Of a DNA stretch of 64,000 nucleotides, positions 11,935 to 26,100 are shown piece after piece; position 1 is the first letter of the stretch; every line of letters begins with the position of its first letter. The position numbers and the translations under genes were made by a program. The DNA comes from Vitrella brassicaformis CCMP3155 (lineage: Eukaryota > Protista > Chromerida): contig CDMY01000468.1 of NCBI GenBank assembly GCA_001179505.1, forward strand, positions 6,649 to 70,648. The letters are read 5' to 3'. The notes beneath the pieces were generated by a model. That model worked only from the letters and a program-made list of their open reading frames with translations, was not told the DNA's origin and ran no database searches.

Positions 11935-14121
11935 ATGGAGGAGGGAGATAGACAGGTGAGCGCATCACAGCACCGCTGGCAATGGACGGCCGTGTTTGGG
12001 TTGGGTATGTGTGTGCAGGGCAAGAGGACCCGTCACAGTGAGGACGCGCCGGCTGCGGCTGCGGCTGCATCTGCTGGAGGTGGTGGTGGTGGCGAGAGTG
12101 ACGAGGTGCGGCAGCGACGGGAGGAGAGGGAAAGGCCCTTGCGCAAGGAGATCAGTGACACGGTGAGCCAGCCACCGACGCACTGAGGGCATACACACTG
12201 ATGGATATCCTCTGCCGTCCCGTGTGCTGTGTGGCTGTACTTCAGGAGGGGCTTCTCAGCTACATGATGGCCTTCCTGCCCATCAACCTGATGGTGCAGC
12301 TGGCCAAGTCCATCTGGCAGCACGCCGCACCCGAGCTCTCGGACGTCACCATCAGCTCGGCAACCAAGGAGGAGCGGTCCTTTTGGCAGCACGTCCGTCT
12401 CGCCTTCGTCACCCAGCTGGCGGCCCGACTCACCCACCTCACAGCCATCACCCTCCACTACCCCACCGGCTTTACCGGTGTCTTCTGCTGGTGTTTCGAC
12501 GTGTTTGTGGCCATCATCGAGGGTCATATCGCTGGCCGACGGGCAGCCGACCTGGGCGGCGGGACTCTGGAGACAATCACCCTCCAAAGAGGGGTTCGTC
12601 TGACCAACACGGAGATGCAGACCCTCTCGAGGACTCGTCCGCCCCTCCCAGCTCTTCTCGACCCGCCTCCCACCCTCCACGCGCTCACCACCATTGATGG
12701 TCTGACCCGCGACCATCACGGGCTGGCCGACCGACGCCGGCGGATGCCCTCACTCACCACCGTGCAGCAGCACGAGACATGGGGTGCCGACAGAGTGGGC
12801 CGCTTCATCAGCTCGTCCCGCTCACTGCGGCGTGTGGGCGGTAGCCTTAGGGGGGAGGACTGGGCGGGTGTGTTTGAGGGCATCCCTGCGGCACCTGCTG
12901 GGCAGCGGGGAGGGCCACTCGCACAGCTGGAGAGCATCGACACCATCAAGATCAGAGGTGACGATGAGGCGGCGGGCATAGATCGGCTTCAGGTGACCAC
13001 AAAAGACGTTCATGTTCAGCGTCGCGTGTGTGGGTTGGCTCATGATGTTCTTCCTCTATGTGTTTGTTGTCGCCTTCAGGCTGTGCTCGTGGCGCGTGGC
13101 TGTCGACGGTCGCTTAAGCAGCTGCACGTGGAGCTCAGTTCCTTCTACCGCATCGGCCGCCGCACCCTGCCCACTCTGCTGGCCGTGGACCGGCTGGTCG
13201 GCGCGTGCTGCCGACCGGACGCCCCACTCACGCTGACCGCCATTGGCCATCTCGAGTTCGACCTCGCCATCTTCTACCAGGCCGACTTCCCCGCCCGCCC
13301 CTCACCCTCATTCAAGACCATGATGCAGCAGCTGGCCCGGCAGGCTTGGTGTGTGCAGTACATCTTCACCCAGGACGGCCTCACCGACCCGTACGACAAG
13401 CCGAGCCAATCGGCCATCGAGATGGCCAAGACACTCTCATTCGACAAGGCCACGGATGTGCTGGTCATGAACGCCGACGGCTTCGATCCCCCGGCCAATA
13501 CCGCAGCGCCCCTTCCCGCTATCGTCACACACCTACAGCAATTCCCGAAAGCCTCACGGCTGTGTGTCGAGAGCGACCTGGGTGGTGCTGCCGGGCGGCT
13601 GCTGGCGGCAAAGATGCCCAAGGAGGTGGGGGACGTGGACATCGGCGAGGTGTCGGGTGATGAGAAGGTGGGCGTGTTGGAGGCACTGGGGAGGGAGAGG
13701 GAGGTGGGTTGGATGAATATGGGGGAGTTTGAGGGCGGTGTGGACCAGTTAGTGGGGGCGGCCAACAGATTGCCTACGATAAAGGCACTAGACTTATTAT
13801 TCGATGTGACATGTACGCCGAGAGAAGAGGACATTTGTGTCCCTCTGTCCGTCCTCATTGCTGCCTTGTGTGTGTTCTCTCCCCTTCAGTGCCTGACGAT
13901 GTGGAGGAGGCGGGCAGCTTCGTCCGCACCGGCTTCTCGTCGGTGGTCTCGCGCATCAGAGGCCTCCAGCGCGTGTATCTGATAATCCGCAATACCGACT
14001 ACCAGCAGGGTGCTTCCATCGGCGCCTCCCTCCCTGGCGGCACCAACATCGGTGCCTTCACAATCACACACGAGCACCGTGGGTCACACTTCACCGTCAT
14101 GACTGTCAGTCGCAGTGCATG
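11935..14121 (+). CDS. Lineage-expanded hypothetical protein (degenerate LRR-like repeats), multi-exon
   Basis: Long ORF 12201-13982 (LQEGLLSYMMAFLPINLMVQL..FVTQLAARLTHLTAITLHYP..LAQLESIDTIKI) plus upstream MEEGDRQ/SDEVRQRREERER exons and a 3' exon ending at ~14121. Confidence 0.7.
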
Positions 14122-14782
14122 ACGGTAAGGGAATGGCACTCATTCACACGGAGTTCTGATTGCGTGACCATGTTCGTGTCTCCTCTGTGTGTATGCAGAT
14201 TGGTGGTGGTCTGTCGGGCCGGCTACTGTGTGTGATGGATCATAGCGGACGGGCAGTGGGGCCGTTCTTAGCTGACGACATTCATTCATTGCATAGCACA
14301 GCTGCATATGTGTGTCTGTGTCTGTGTGTGGATGACTGACTGGGTAGCTGTACAGATCGGCGGACGACCGGGGGCTGCATGATGCTGACGTGTGAATGAC
14401 CGTGTTGGCAGAGAGAGGGAACGAACACGCCAGAGGGACAAGTACCGGCAGGCGCACCACATAGCCATGCCGCATCAATCAAGCACTCCAACCAGCCCAT
14501 TGCATTCAGTCAATCACTCGTCATGGATGGATGCAAATGTCTCTCGTCCGCTGGTTCGTTCGTTGGTCTGTCGTAGGAAGGACACCACTTACGCGTACAC
14601 TCTCAGAACACCACACACACACACACACACAGCGAGAGCCAGCATCCCTCTCCGCTCTCTCTAAAACACTCACTCTCACATGAGAAGGGAAAAATCTCTC
14701 GTGTGAATGCGCACGTCATACGCCCACGCATCACACGCATCACACGCATCCATCCATTCGGTATCTACCCTGTGCTGTCTGT

Positions 14783-17071
14783 CTAGGAGGATTCGCTGCC
14801 TGAAGCAACGGGAGCCGGCTCTTGGCTGGTTGATGCGGCTGTGGCAGGTTCGCCCAGCTTGGACTCCTTCTCCTGAAGCTCCTTGGCTGCACACACACAC
14901 ACACACACACACACAGGCAGACAGAAAGAGAGGACGGAGAGACGCATTGATGGATGGATGGATGGACGCGTGGGCGTGCATTTGCTCACCGCGCGCTTCG
15001 AGTTTTTCGGCGAGGTCTTTCTTGCGGCGGATCTCCATCTCTTTGAAGACCTTCTGGACCTGAGGTCGATCATCAGACAGACAGACAGACAGATGGCACC
15101 ATGGCACACATCGTGTTTATGGTATGGAGGAGTGGGTGGTTACCTCTCTGAGCCGTTGCAGGTTGGCCGACCACACCGTGTAATCGGTAAAGCACTTCCT
15201 GTGATGTGTCACATCACACACGCACACACTGACTGTGAGCACACAGTCTAAGTGTGTCTGTCTGTCTGTCTGTCCGTGACGAGCGACTTACTTTGGTCCG
15301 CCGAATTTGTAGTTGCAGTCGAGAGCGCTCATCCACTCGGTAACGGACTCTGATTGTTCGACGCCATGAGGCACACAGACATGCCATCCATCTCTCTCTC
15401 TCTCTCTCCCTCCCTCCCTCTGTGTGTGGCTTTGTGTGTGGCTTTGTGCGCACCCTGTGTCACTTCGGTGTTGGCCATCTCCATCATTGTGTACAGGCCC
15501 CTAAATGACGCACACACAGACTCAGGTGGGTGGATGCACGGGGCTTGGCTTGAGTGCGGTAGGTAGAGTCACTTAAGTCACTTACACGCCCCAGACGCGG
15601 TTGTACAGCCACAAGGGATTCGCCTTGATCGACTCAATCGTCCCCTGACAACACACACCACACACAACAGACACACACACCGTGTTGTATACTCGTTGTG
15701 GGCGGGGTGGATGGAATCACGTCAACTCACTCACCTCAATGCCCTTGTCGCCAGGCTTGGCCGCATTGAAGGCCGAGAGTATCTCTGAAGAGCCCCCCTT
15801 GCCTATCCCACACAAAGAGAGAGGGAGAGACCTTCTGCGTGTATGCGTGCGTGTGCGCCTGTGTATCGGCACGTGACGTACGTACCTGTGACCCATTCTT
15901 TGAGCTTCTGGGCGTCTCCGCGCATCTTACTGGGGTCCTGTCCAGCACATGTAGGGACACACAGACGAGACGCCCATACACCACCATGAGTCCATGCGGA
16001 CCTCTGTACACCCGTCCTCCCACCCACTCACTTCATCAACCGCCTTTGCAAGGCAGTCGAAGAGCCGCTGCTTCTCTGACTCTCCTGGTGGGTAGCCATC
16101 CTTCACACACGGACACACAGACACACCGACACAAGCACATGTGTGTATTGGGCATCTGAGGTGTTGGTTGTGCGAGCGGCCGGGCTTACTGTCAGCCTGT
16201 CGAATACTGTCGCGAAGCCCAGTGCAAAGATGGGATCTACACACAGCACGCACACACACATAGACGGGCAGACACACAGACGAACACGCACACGAGAGCG
16301 CGCCGAAAGGCAGACACAGACATGCGCAGCTATGGAATGAGTGAGTCACTGACCGTATGTGAAACGGACGTCGACTTTGGCGAAGTGCGCTGCAGTGAGG
16401 AGCTCGTCGACCACACGGCGGTAGGGCTCCATGATGGGAATGGCGCCCCACAAAGAGTAAAAGGCTGCACACATATATGGAGAGAAAGAATCGACATTTG
16501 TAAGTTCTTCAGCGCAGTGAATCTCTTTCCCTCTCTGTTTGTTCGTCTATCTGTCTGTCTGTCTGTCTGTCTGTCTGACGAGGCTGCGCGCACCTCTCGT
16601 CGAGTCAGAGAGGGTCTTGGCCTGAACGTCGACGAACACGCACACACACATGACATGTGCTCTCCCTCCCTGTGTATGTTGTCATGTCGATGTGCGCAGG
16701 GATTGTTTACCTTGGTGGCCGCCCCTGCCTGGTTCTTGAGCACCTGTGTTGAGCAGTCAGGTACACACACACGATTGTGTCATAACATAAGACAGATCTG
16801 ACGGGCAGTGGGTGCATCCATGACCTGCAGATCGATGTCCTTTTCTGCGAGCATTGTCACTGCCTGCGCACGCACCAACACACACGCACAATAGGAGCCT
16901 CTATTCTCCTTTGTCTGCACGCACCTGCTGCCTCCTAAGACTGCTCCCCCTGTGTGTGTGAGGGCTGACGGTCCTCATCCCACTGTGATAAGGCGATGTG
17001 CCCGTGATGAGCGCATGGGCAAGCCGCGTCCACGCGCACACAGCCATCAGTACTAGAAGGGCTTGCTTCAT
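14783..17071 (-). CDS. THF1: Thylakoid formation 1 / Psb29 photosystem II biogenesis protein, plastid-targeted, many short exons
   Basis: Spliced exons read DPIFALGFATVFDRLT-DGYPPGESEKQRLFDCLAKAVDE-DPSKMRGDAQKLKEWVTG..GLYTMMEMAN..FKEMEIRRKKDLAEKLE, matching THF1 (YDPVFALGFVTVYDQLMEGYP..DAQKLEEW). The first exon MKQALLVLMAVCAWTRLAHAL is a signal peptide. Confidence 0.85.
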
Positions 17072-17732
17072 TTCGCAGACAGAGGAAGATCTGCCTCAGA
17101 TCGACCTGCCTGAGTGCGCCCTTTGCACAGCAGGGAACACGCAAAGGAGATGCAGGCAAGATCTGTCTGAGAGAGATGCGAGCTGTAGTCTGATCTCGCA
17201 AAGGAGACCGAATGAGGAGAAGGAAATGGTGGCGCCGTTACTGCCATTGACGTGAGGCAGTGTCTACGCGACAACAGCTTCCTTGCCAACACATGATGAT
17301 GATGATGCTGGCGTGCTGCTGCTAGTGCTGTTGCTTGGATCACATGATGCTGCTGGTATGTAAGCAAAGCACTGGGGTAGGCTTCGCTTCGTGTGCTTCG
17401 ATGGCCTGCCTGCTGTGTGCTGCTGTGCGTGTCACCCACAGGTGTCGATTGATTGATTTGATTGACTGCCTGTCTGTCTGTCTGACTGCCTGTCTGCCTG
17501 TCTGTCACACTGACTGACCGCATCAGGTAGACTGACTACGATGGGTGTGTGAGCATACAGATGATTGATTGAGTCCATGTGTGCCTTTATCAGATTGATT
17601 CATTGATTGGGTTGATTCACACCGACACATACCATCCGTATGGCTGACAGCCGCCCGCCGGTATAGAGTCCAGTCACGCCGACACGCAAACAAAGCAGTG
17701 CATGGTCGCACGCACGCCCTCTGCTGCGTACT

Positions 17733-17767
<35 letters not shown>

Positions 17768-17859
17768 GGGGGTGTGCTGCGTCCACCGAATGTGCAGGTA
17801 CGTCAGCTTGTTTGTCATTGTGGGCGTGGAGGTGACTTGTGTGTGTCTGTGGTCTGTGT

Positions 17860-20800
17860 AGGTGGCTGGGGATGAGAGCGAGGAGTTGCTGCCGCTGCAC
17901 ACGCCCACGTACGTGTTACTTACGTGTGTTACTTACGTGTGTCTGTGGGCACCCGCCCATCCATCCATCCATCCATCCATCCATCCACTGCTGTGTGTGC
18001 CTTCACAGGTGTCTATACGACGACCAAGACACCAGTGGGCCATGGGGAGATGACCCACATGATGACAACGGTGAGTCGGTCGGTACACGCACACACACAG
18101 TGAGAGAGGAGAGGGACGACACACACGAGGGAGGGAGGCAGGCAGGCAGGAATGTCTGGGTACCTTCTCTCTCTCTGTGTGTGTGTGTAGAGTGGTATGA
18201 GGACGAGTCGACAGCCGAGCATCACCTCGAGCTGATACGGCTCATACCACAGGCACGCGAAAGATGCGACGACGAATTGGACACAATGAACGACAAACAT
18301 GAAGGGTACTCGTCTCGTTCATTGTGTGTGCAGCTGGCGGCCTACACCCAGACCCATCCGCAGTATGCCAATCGCGCAGTGGTGCTCTATGTCAGCGGTG
18401 GGATGGACACGGTCACACCATCACACGTGGGGGCGTGTGCATGTGTGTGTGTGTGTGTGTGTGCAGGTGAGTCCATCGACTGTGTGGAGGTGACCGAAGG
18501 CGACATCAGGAAGGTCCGTGTGTGTGCATCAGTGTGGGGTGTGTGGCACTTATTGCAAGCATTCTGTCTCCGGGTCTGTGTGTGTGTGTGTGTGTGTGTG
18601 TAGGTGTCGTTGCACTACGGACCGATCTGTGCTGTCGAGAGAATCGCACCCCACTGCTACGTAAGTGCACATCTGTGTGTGGTTTGCACACATTTGTCTG
18701 TGTCTGTGTGTCTGTGTGTGTCTCTCTCTGTGTGTGTGGTCGTGTAGGTGATTGTGTATGAGACGGAGAGTGCGGCGAGCTGTGCCAACGATGGGTTCAA
18801 CGAACGGATAGAGGTCGGTACACACACACTCGCGCACAGCACACCGACACCGATACACACTCTCTTCCTGTCTCTCTGGCCACTATGGCAGCACTCTCTG
18901 CCAGCGATTGACATGCACTGCCATCTGCTGAGCAAACTGACCTCACCACCACCACCGCCACCACCGCCACACACGGAGGTACGCACCCACCACGATGTGC
19001 AGACGCACTGTAGTGCGCAGATGGTATGTGTGTGCTCGTCAGGACACCGCCCATTCGCAGCAGCAGCAGGAGCAGCAACAGGTATGCCAGAAAGAGAGAG
19101 GGAGGGAGAGAGAGAGAGAGAGAGGGTGGGAGAGAGAGATATATATCGTCGGGGTGGCATTGTGTGTGTGCAGGTGCCTTTGCTGCCCACGCCCAATGTC
19201 CCTGCCTACCCATTGACAAGTGAGCACGCACACACGCGCGCGGGGCCCGACTGGGCATATTGTATGCCTTTCTGCATCCACAGGCTCTCATCCAATATAT
19301 GGCGCTCAGCAGCAGCAGCAGCAGCATTTCGGTGGCCCCGGGCCGACATCTCCCACAAGTGAGCTGAGTGAACGAGTGCACACGTCAGTGGATGTCATTC
19401 GTGTGTGTGTGTGTGTGTGTGCGTAGATCTCGGTTCGCCCTCGTCATATGCCCATCATCCTGGCAGCAGAGTGTCAGGCCCCCCGCACCCTCAACCACAC
19501 CCACACGGACATCCACACGCGCCACATCTGCACAGAAGGGGGGGCAAGGAGTGGATCCCTGTACCACGGTACATACACACACACACACACTCTCTCTCTC
19601 TCCCTCTCTCTCTGAGATTATCCCTGTGTGTGTGTGTGGTGCAGGTCTGTTGCTCGCGAGGCCGACGGGTATCCTGTGCTCAATCTCGCCAAAGAGCATG
19701 AGGCAACCAAGCACAAAACAGAGAGACCTCAGGGGGAAAGAGATGCAGGCAGGACGATGTGTCTGTATGGTGGTGCTATGCTATGTGTGTGTGTCTCTCA
19801 GTTTCCATCGCCCGCCCTGCGCAAATACACGGCGCGATTTGAGGCATGCATGCACCAATGCAGCCATGCAGCACGCACAGAAGGGCACGCATCACAGCGC
19901 TTGTGAGTGAGTGGATGTTGTGTGTGCAGGTGGGCATAGAGAATGAGAGAGAGTTCACCGTGGCCCGCCGAATCATCGGCAACAAGGTAACTGACGCACA
20001 CACACACACACACAGGGAGAGAGAGATGCGAGTGTGCACGCAATAAACCACACACACACACATCTCTCTCTCTCTCCCTCCCCCTCCTTGGCATTTATAG
20101 GGTTCGCACATGCGCGCTGTGTGGGAGATGACCAAGGCCAAGCTGAGGCTGAGAGGGCGGGGCAGCGGCTACTATGAGGGCAGCCAACAGACAGGTGGGT
20201 GAGGAAACGCGCTCAAACGAACGAACCGAACATTCGGATGGATGCTGATCTCTCCCTCTCCCTCTCTCTCTCTCCTTCTCTCTCTCTATCTCTGCGTGTG
20301 TCTGCAGAGTGCCCCGAGCCGCTGCATCTGTGCATCAGCTGCAGAACCTATGATGGTACGTCCGCTTGTGTGGTGCCATCCATCCATCCATCCATCCATG
20401 TGTTTCTGTGTGTCCACCAGGCTATGTGTTGGCCATGCGGATGGTGGCGGACCTGCTGCTCCGCATCCACGACGACTACAGAGAGTGGTGCGCCATACAG
20501 GTAGGTACCCTGTCCGCGCGCCCAATCGTGCGATCGATCTCCATGGCTTCTATCTCCTTTTGGTGGCGCACAGGGCCGCCCGGTGCCCAATCTGCAACTG
20601 AGATACCGAGAGCACCCACGTGAGTCGAGTCAGGAGGGTCTTGCCGACACATCGACCTCATTGGATGGATGGATGGATGGATTGTGTGCAGTGGACCGCC
20701 GTTCGAGCAATATCAACGCCAGCAAGAAGGCGGACAACAACAGAGAGCGGCAGCCGCACGCACCCGCACCGAGCGTCAGTGTGAGCGTGACGTCGCCTTC

Positions 20801-21042
20801 GGGGGCATCGGCGTCGCCATGGTGCAACCCTGACCACTTTGGTACACACCCTGCCACACACCCACACCCACACCCACACACACAGACACACAGAGAGAGA
20901 CATTTTCCTCTCTCCGTGTGTGTGTGTTGGACTTGTGTGTGCAGGTGGGTTGATGTCTTCGTATCTGCAGAGGGGCGAGAGCACAGAGGGGGGCGAGGCC
21001 ACACGGCCATACACACACCACAACGGTGAGCAGTGGCGGATG
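17860..21042 (+). CDS. KH-domain RNA-binding protein (KHDC4/RIK/BBP-type KH), multi-exon
   Basis: Spliced exons give VGIENEREFTVARRIIGNKGSHMRAVWEMTKAKLRLRGRGSGYYEGSQQT-ECPEPLHLCISCRTYDG-YVLAMRMVADLLLRIHDDYREWC, i.e. an IIGxxG loop plus the LRGRGSG..EPLHLCIS signature. Ends approximate. Confidence 0.72.
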
Positions 21043-21805
21043 AGTGCCCGCATGCGGGGGTGTGTGTGAGTGTGTGCGTGTGTGTGGAGTGCAGAGATCG
21101 GCTTCCCCCTGCACATGCACAGCACCGATGACCGCACACCATACAATCGTCGATAGACAGACACGGAGGGAGGGAGGGAGGGAGGGGGGGGGGCACAAGA
21201 GGTTGATTCGAATTTCTTTGCCAATTAGCGAGTCCATCTAGCCAGGCCAGCCATGGATGGACCTCTGTATGTATGCGTCTGTCTGTCGATCTGTCTGTCT
21301 GAGTGAGTGAGTGGTCGGTTCGTCTGTAGAATTACGTCTGTGAGGGTGAGTGTATGCCGAGCATGTGTGTGTGTGTGTGTATGTGTGTATGTATGTATGT
21401 GTGTATTTGTCTCTGTGCGTACGTACGTGTACAAAAGGAGGATGGGATGATGGGGAAGGGGTGATGGAGAGAGAGAGAGAGAGAGAGACCGCCGGACCGG
21501 TGTACACTATGTATGAATGCCTAGAGATCGATGGATGGATGGATGGATCAATGGAATGGATGGGCCTGATTATTATGTGTTAGTTACGTGAGGTGAGGTG
21601 CCGTACACAGGTGTCATGTGTGTGAGTCTGTGCGTTCACGGCAACCGACGTACTCAAAAAGTCAATCACGGTCAATCAATCCTAATGCAATGCATACCGA
21701 AAGAGAAAGGAGAAAAAGAGCAGAAGACACCCACACAATCAATTCAGAGAGCAGCAACAGCAAAATTCACAGACACACGAGCAAATGCCACACGCCAATC
21801 TGCGT

Positions 21806-22599
21806 TCAAGCAGCGGCCTCGCCACCCAGCCCCAGCCCCAGCCTCTCTCTAATCGACACCCAAACCCTCTCGAAGCTCTCCTCATCGCCGCCAGTAAGCT
21901 CCAAGATGTCTTCGCGCGACATCGGAGTCAGGTTCGACGGCTCGAAGAGTCGCTGCACGTCCTCCTTTGTCGTGTCATCGCCGAGGGGGATGGTGTGCAG
22001 GGAGAAGTGGCTGTAGCAGTAGCCGTCGTAGTAGGTGCCTTTGTTGTCGCATTCCTCCGGTTTCTTTGTCCATTTGGCGTGCTCAGCGAAGGCGATGCGG
22101 CCTCGGTCGAGGTCGATCCAGTAACCATACTGCAGGCGCAAGAGAGAGAGAGAGAGAGAGAGAAGGAACATCTCCACACAGGCAATGTGTCTGCATCTTT
22201 CCGTCCGACACGGACCTCTTTGTCGTCATACGCACTAACTGGCCCTTCGTCGCAGTACTTGCCCATGCTCAACACCTTCTCCAGGCTCAGAGGGCCACCA
22301 CCTGTCACCTTTTCCGTCTGCGACTGCTCACACACACAGACAGAACAACAAAGGCACCATCACATCGATACGCTCAGCCACACGTCGGTGCAGCTTGCCT
22401 TGTACAGCTCCTCGTCGTCGACCTCCTGCAGATTCTCGATCTGCCCCTTCCACCGTGTGAGCTGCGGGTCATCCTTCATTGCCGAAGCCAGCTGCTGCAC
22501 CAGTGCGACGCCCAAGCCATCAGGGTAGCTGTCCCAGTGGTTGTACACCGTCACCGTCCGGCCCTTCCACCGGAAGCCGCCCACGCCGCGGGTCGCCAT
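21806..22599 (-). CDS. Conserved hypothetical protein of the 'MxTRG..YNHWDSYPxGLG' family, 3 exons
   Basis: Exon 1 MATRGVGGFRWKGRTVTVYNHWDSYPDGLGVALV, exon 2 GGGPLSLEKVLSMGKY, exon 3 LQYGYWIDLD..; separated by microsatellite introns. Confidence 0.75.
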
Positions 22600-23110
22600 G
22601 GTCGGGGTCAGACGTGCACGCGATGGGCGAGACCAGTGGTTTGGCCGCAGGAGTGATCTGGTAGTGGTGACGGGTGATGATGAACGCAGCCGCGTGCGCC
22701 GTCGTGCAGGCGGCGCAGAGAACCGCGGCCAAAAGGGTCACCGATGGCGTCATCATCGAGTCGAAGAGCCGGGGAGAGGGCAGGGAACGGCCGGGAATGG
22801 CCGACTGTCACCTCCTGATGGGCTGATGAATGGACACCATCAATGAATGAGCGTTTTCATTCTTTCGCTCTTTCTGCTTTGCTCACCGTGTGCAAGTGAG
22901 TGGATCAGATACGTCTGGGAGTCAAAGAATCTCCAGGTCGCGAGCTCAGGTCGCGAGCTCAAGCTCGCGGTGCGATCGGATCTTCCCTCCATCGCCCTTT
23001 CCCGCGCGTGGAGCAGCCAGACAGGTGCCATGACAGCCACCTGCCGGGACTGGACGCATTCGTGATTGGGATCTTTCTGCGTGTGTGTGGTATGCAGCAA
23101 GATCTCTCTG

Positions 23111-26100
23111 ATGGGGTGCACGTCGTCGTCACAGCACGGTATCGGTGCTGGTGGGCATCACCGCGTGGCCGTGCCGACTGCAGAGGTAAGGGTGGTTACT
23201 CAATGTGTGGATGGATCTTTCGCTTTGGCTTCATCTTATATATCTCTCTCTCCCTCTGTGTGGCTTTGTGTGTGCGCAGGATGACAGGAACAGCGTGGCC
23301 AAGGGCCTCAGAGTCCGTTACGTCCCGCCCCACTATGTGTAGGCTGCGCGTGATATGATGATCTGCCCGCCATCAACGGAAACCATGAGTCATGTGTGTG
23401 GGCGGATGGATGGATCTGGACGGATCAATGCAGGTACTCTCTGCTCAATGCGCCGTCAACTGTGCCGCCAGGTCAGCCATGCACACAGTTGAGGCGAGAG
23501 AAAGAGAGAGAGAGAGAGAGAGAGTGCACGTGGATGTGTGTCGTCCCTGTCGTGCAGTTGTGATCGACGCGCGAAAGGCGCTCGATTACGGCAAATGGCA
23601 CATACAAGGTGGGGGCGTGCACTACTACAGACACATCCACATGCAGTTGCCAATGTGTGTGTGTGTGTGTGTGTGTGTGTGTTCTACAGGTGCCTACAAC
23701 TGGCACATAAGGGAGCAGCCATTAGTGCCTGGTACGCACACCCATCCCATCCCACTTCACCCGCCCACACAGAGGAGCATCCGATCCGAGCCACGCAAAT
23801 GTGTGCACCTGTGTGTGTGCGTGTGTGCGCACATCTGCGCTGCGCATTGTAGGACGCTTCATTGAGACGCTGGCATCGACCACGGTCATCATTCACGGGG
23901 AGGAAACTCAGGAGAAGAACGACGAGAGGATCACCGGCGTCGTGGTAAGAACACACACAGACAGAGAGAGAAACAACCAACCGACATTTAACATATTGAT
24001 AGCTCGTTTGTTTCACTCCTGTGTGGTGTGCAGGGGCAGCTTTTGAAGTTCCTGAGGGACGACTTAGGGCCACACAGTCAATGCAAGGCACGGAACTCCC
24101 ACACACAACACAACACACACATCGACAGTCATCCTGGCAACCAACTGCACTGCCTGTGTGTGTGTCTGCATGCACACAGGGGTTCGACCCAGACAGGGCA
24201 CACGAGCGGTGAGCTGAGCTTGTCCACCACCGAAGTAGCCATGGGTGCATCCAGACATCTGTGTGTGTGGGTGTGTGTGGGTGTGTGTGTAGGTCGCTGA
24301 TGTCGCCGTCGTGTTTGTGGATCATGAAAGGCGGTCTGCCGGCGGCCAAGCTCTCCTCCCCGTTCCAACTGAGATGGGCATTCATGGGCAGCGAAGGTCA
24401 CACAGACACACACACACACAGACAGACAGACGGACAGAGAGATCGCACACAAAACTCACTCACATATGGGAAGACTTGCGATATGTGTGTGTCATTATGC
24501 GTGCAGGTCGGCTGTCCACCGGCAGCCAGAGCAGCAAGAACGCCTCCAGCGGCGTCGGCGTCAGCTCGTCTGCACCAGCAGCGCTACAATCCGACAGCAT
24601 CCTGCCACCAAAGGGCAAATCGGAGATGATCTCCGTGGTGACGAAACACACACACACACACACACAGTGTGGGTGTACAGGCAGGCAGACAGGCACAGAG
24701 AGAGAGAGAGAGGGAGAGAGAGGGAGGATCGACATTCGTATTTCGTGGTGTGTGTATGTGGGTTGGGTGTTGGTGTGTCCAGGAGCGAGGCAGCAATGGC
24801 GTGAGGTCTCTGAAGACCTTTCACGACGAAGCGCCGGACAAGAGCGCCACACACAGTACGCACACACAAGTGCACACCACACCCACTCATATGGATGGAT
24901 GGATGGATGGACGCAGGCATCACGCGGCGGTCGACAGGCGCCAAGTGGATCTACCCTGCAGAGATCGTCCCGCCTACAAGCAGGTCCGTGTGCTACGCGT
25001 GTGAATCAACCATCGCACTTGAATTTATGAACATGCTTTGTGTCTGTGGGTGGGCGGACAGGTCGCGCCAATCGTTCTGTCTGTATGTTTGCTCGGAGGC
25101 CGTCTTTAACAACAGATGGGTACCTACCCTGTGCACACCCCCCTCCCCCCCCCACACACAGACACACGCACACACAGACGCATGGCTACCTCTCTCTCTC
25201 TCTCTCTCTCTGTCCCTCCCTCCATCTGTCAGACACAGTTCAGCCACTTTGTGCCCCCCATTGGGCACATTGTGTCGATCAACACGAGCAGCAAGCCTTA
25301 TGCGGGCCCCATAGCGGAACACACGCAGAGCCACTGTCTGCAGGGAGACAGGTACGCACAGAAATGCTCGGAGAGAGATGTGCATGTGTGTGTGTGTGTG
25401 CAGTGCTCTGAAGGACTGTCTCTCGATTTTGGTCAAGGCCTTGGGCGAGAAGAAAGGTAGGTGCGTGTTCCTGGATGTGATGGATTCATATGCCTGTTGG
25501 CTGTGTGTGTGTGCGTGTGGTCAGGTGTGTTGGTGTATGACAGTGACGGCCTCTCCGACTGCATCGCCGTCACTGTGGCCTTCCTGGTAGGTACCCTCCC
25601 CCCCCTCCCCCCCCCCACAGACGTGTCTACAGTACAGTGACCCTCTCTCTCTCTGTATGTGTGTGTGTGTGTGTGTGCAGCTGCTGCATTCCTCTCTCTC
25701 CACTGCTGATGAGGTACAGTGGTGTGCAGTGCAGCCCACACACACATACGCTACGCGTGGCGTGGTGAATTCTCTCTGCATGCAGGTGTTCGGCTACCTG
25801 AATGACATTCGGCCGACCATGCAGCTGACCGACACACACATCAAGCAAATCACGTCGGCTGCTCAACTGACTGACGAGTGCACACACACGGACACACATC
25901 TGCCGCGGATGTCTGTCCGTCTGTCTGTCTGTCTGTGTGTGTGTGTCGATGCGTTCGTGTTGGCAGCGATTGTGTGGGTCAGCGGATCGCCGTGCCGAAG
26001 TCCATTGACGTCATACACACAGCCAAATGTCCGCACTCCCGCACAGACGAATGAATGCACACACAGAAATAAATCCCCACCTGCATGTGTGTGTGGTGCG

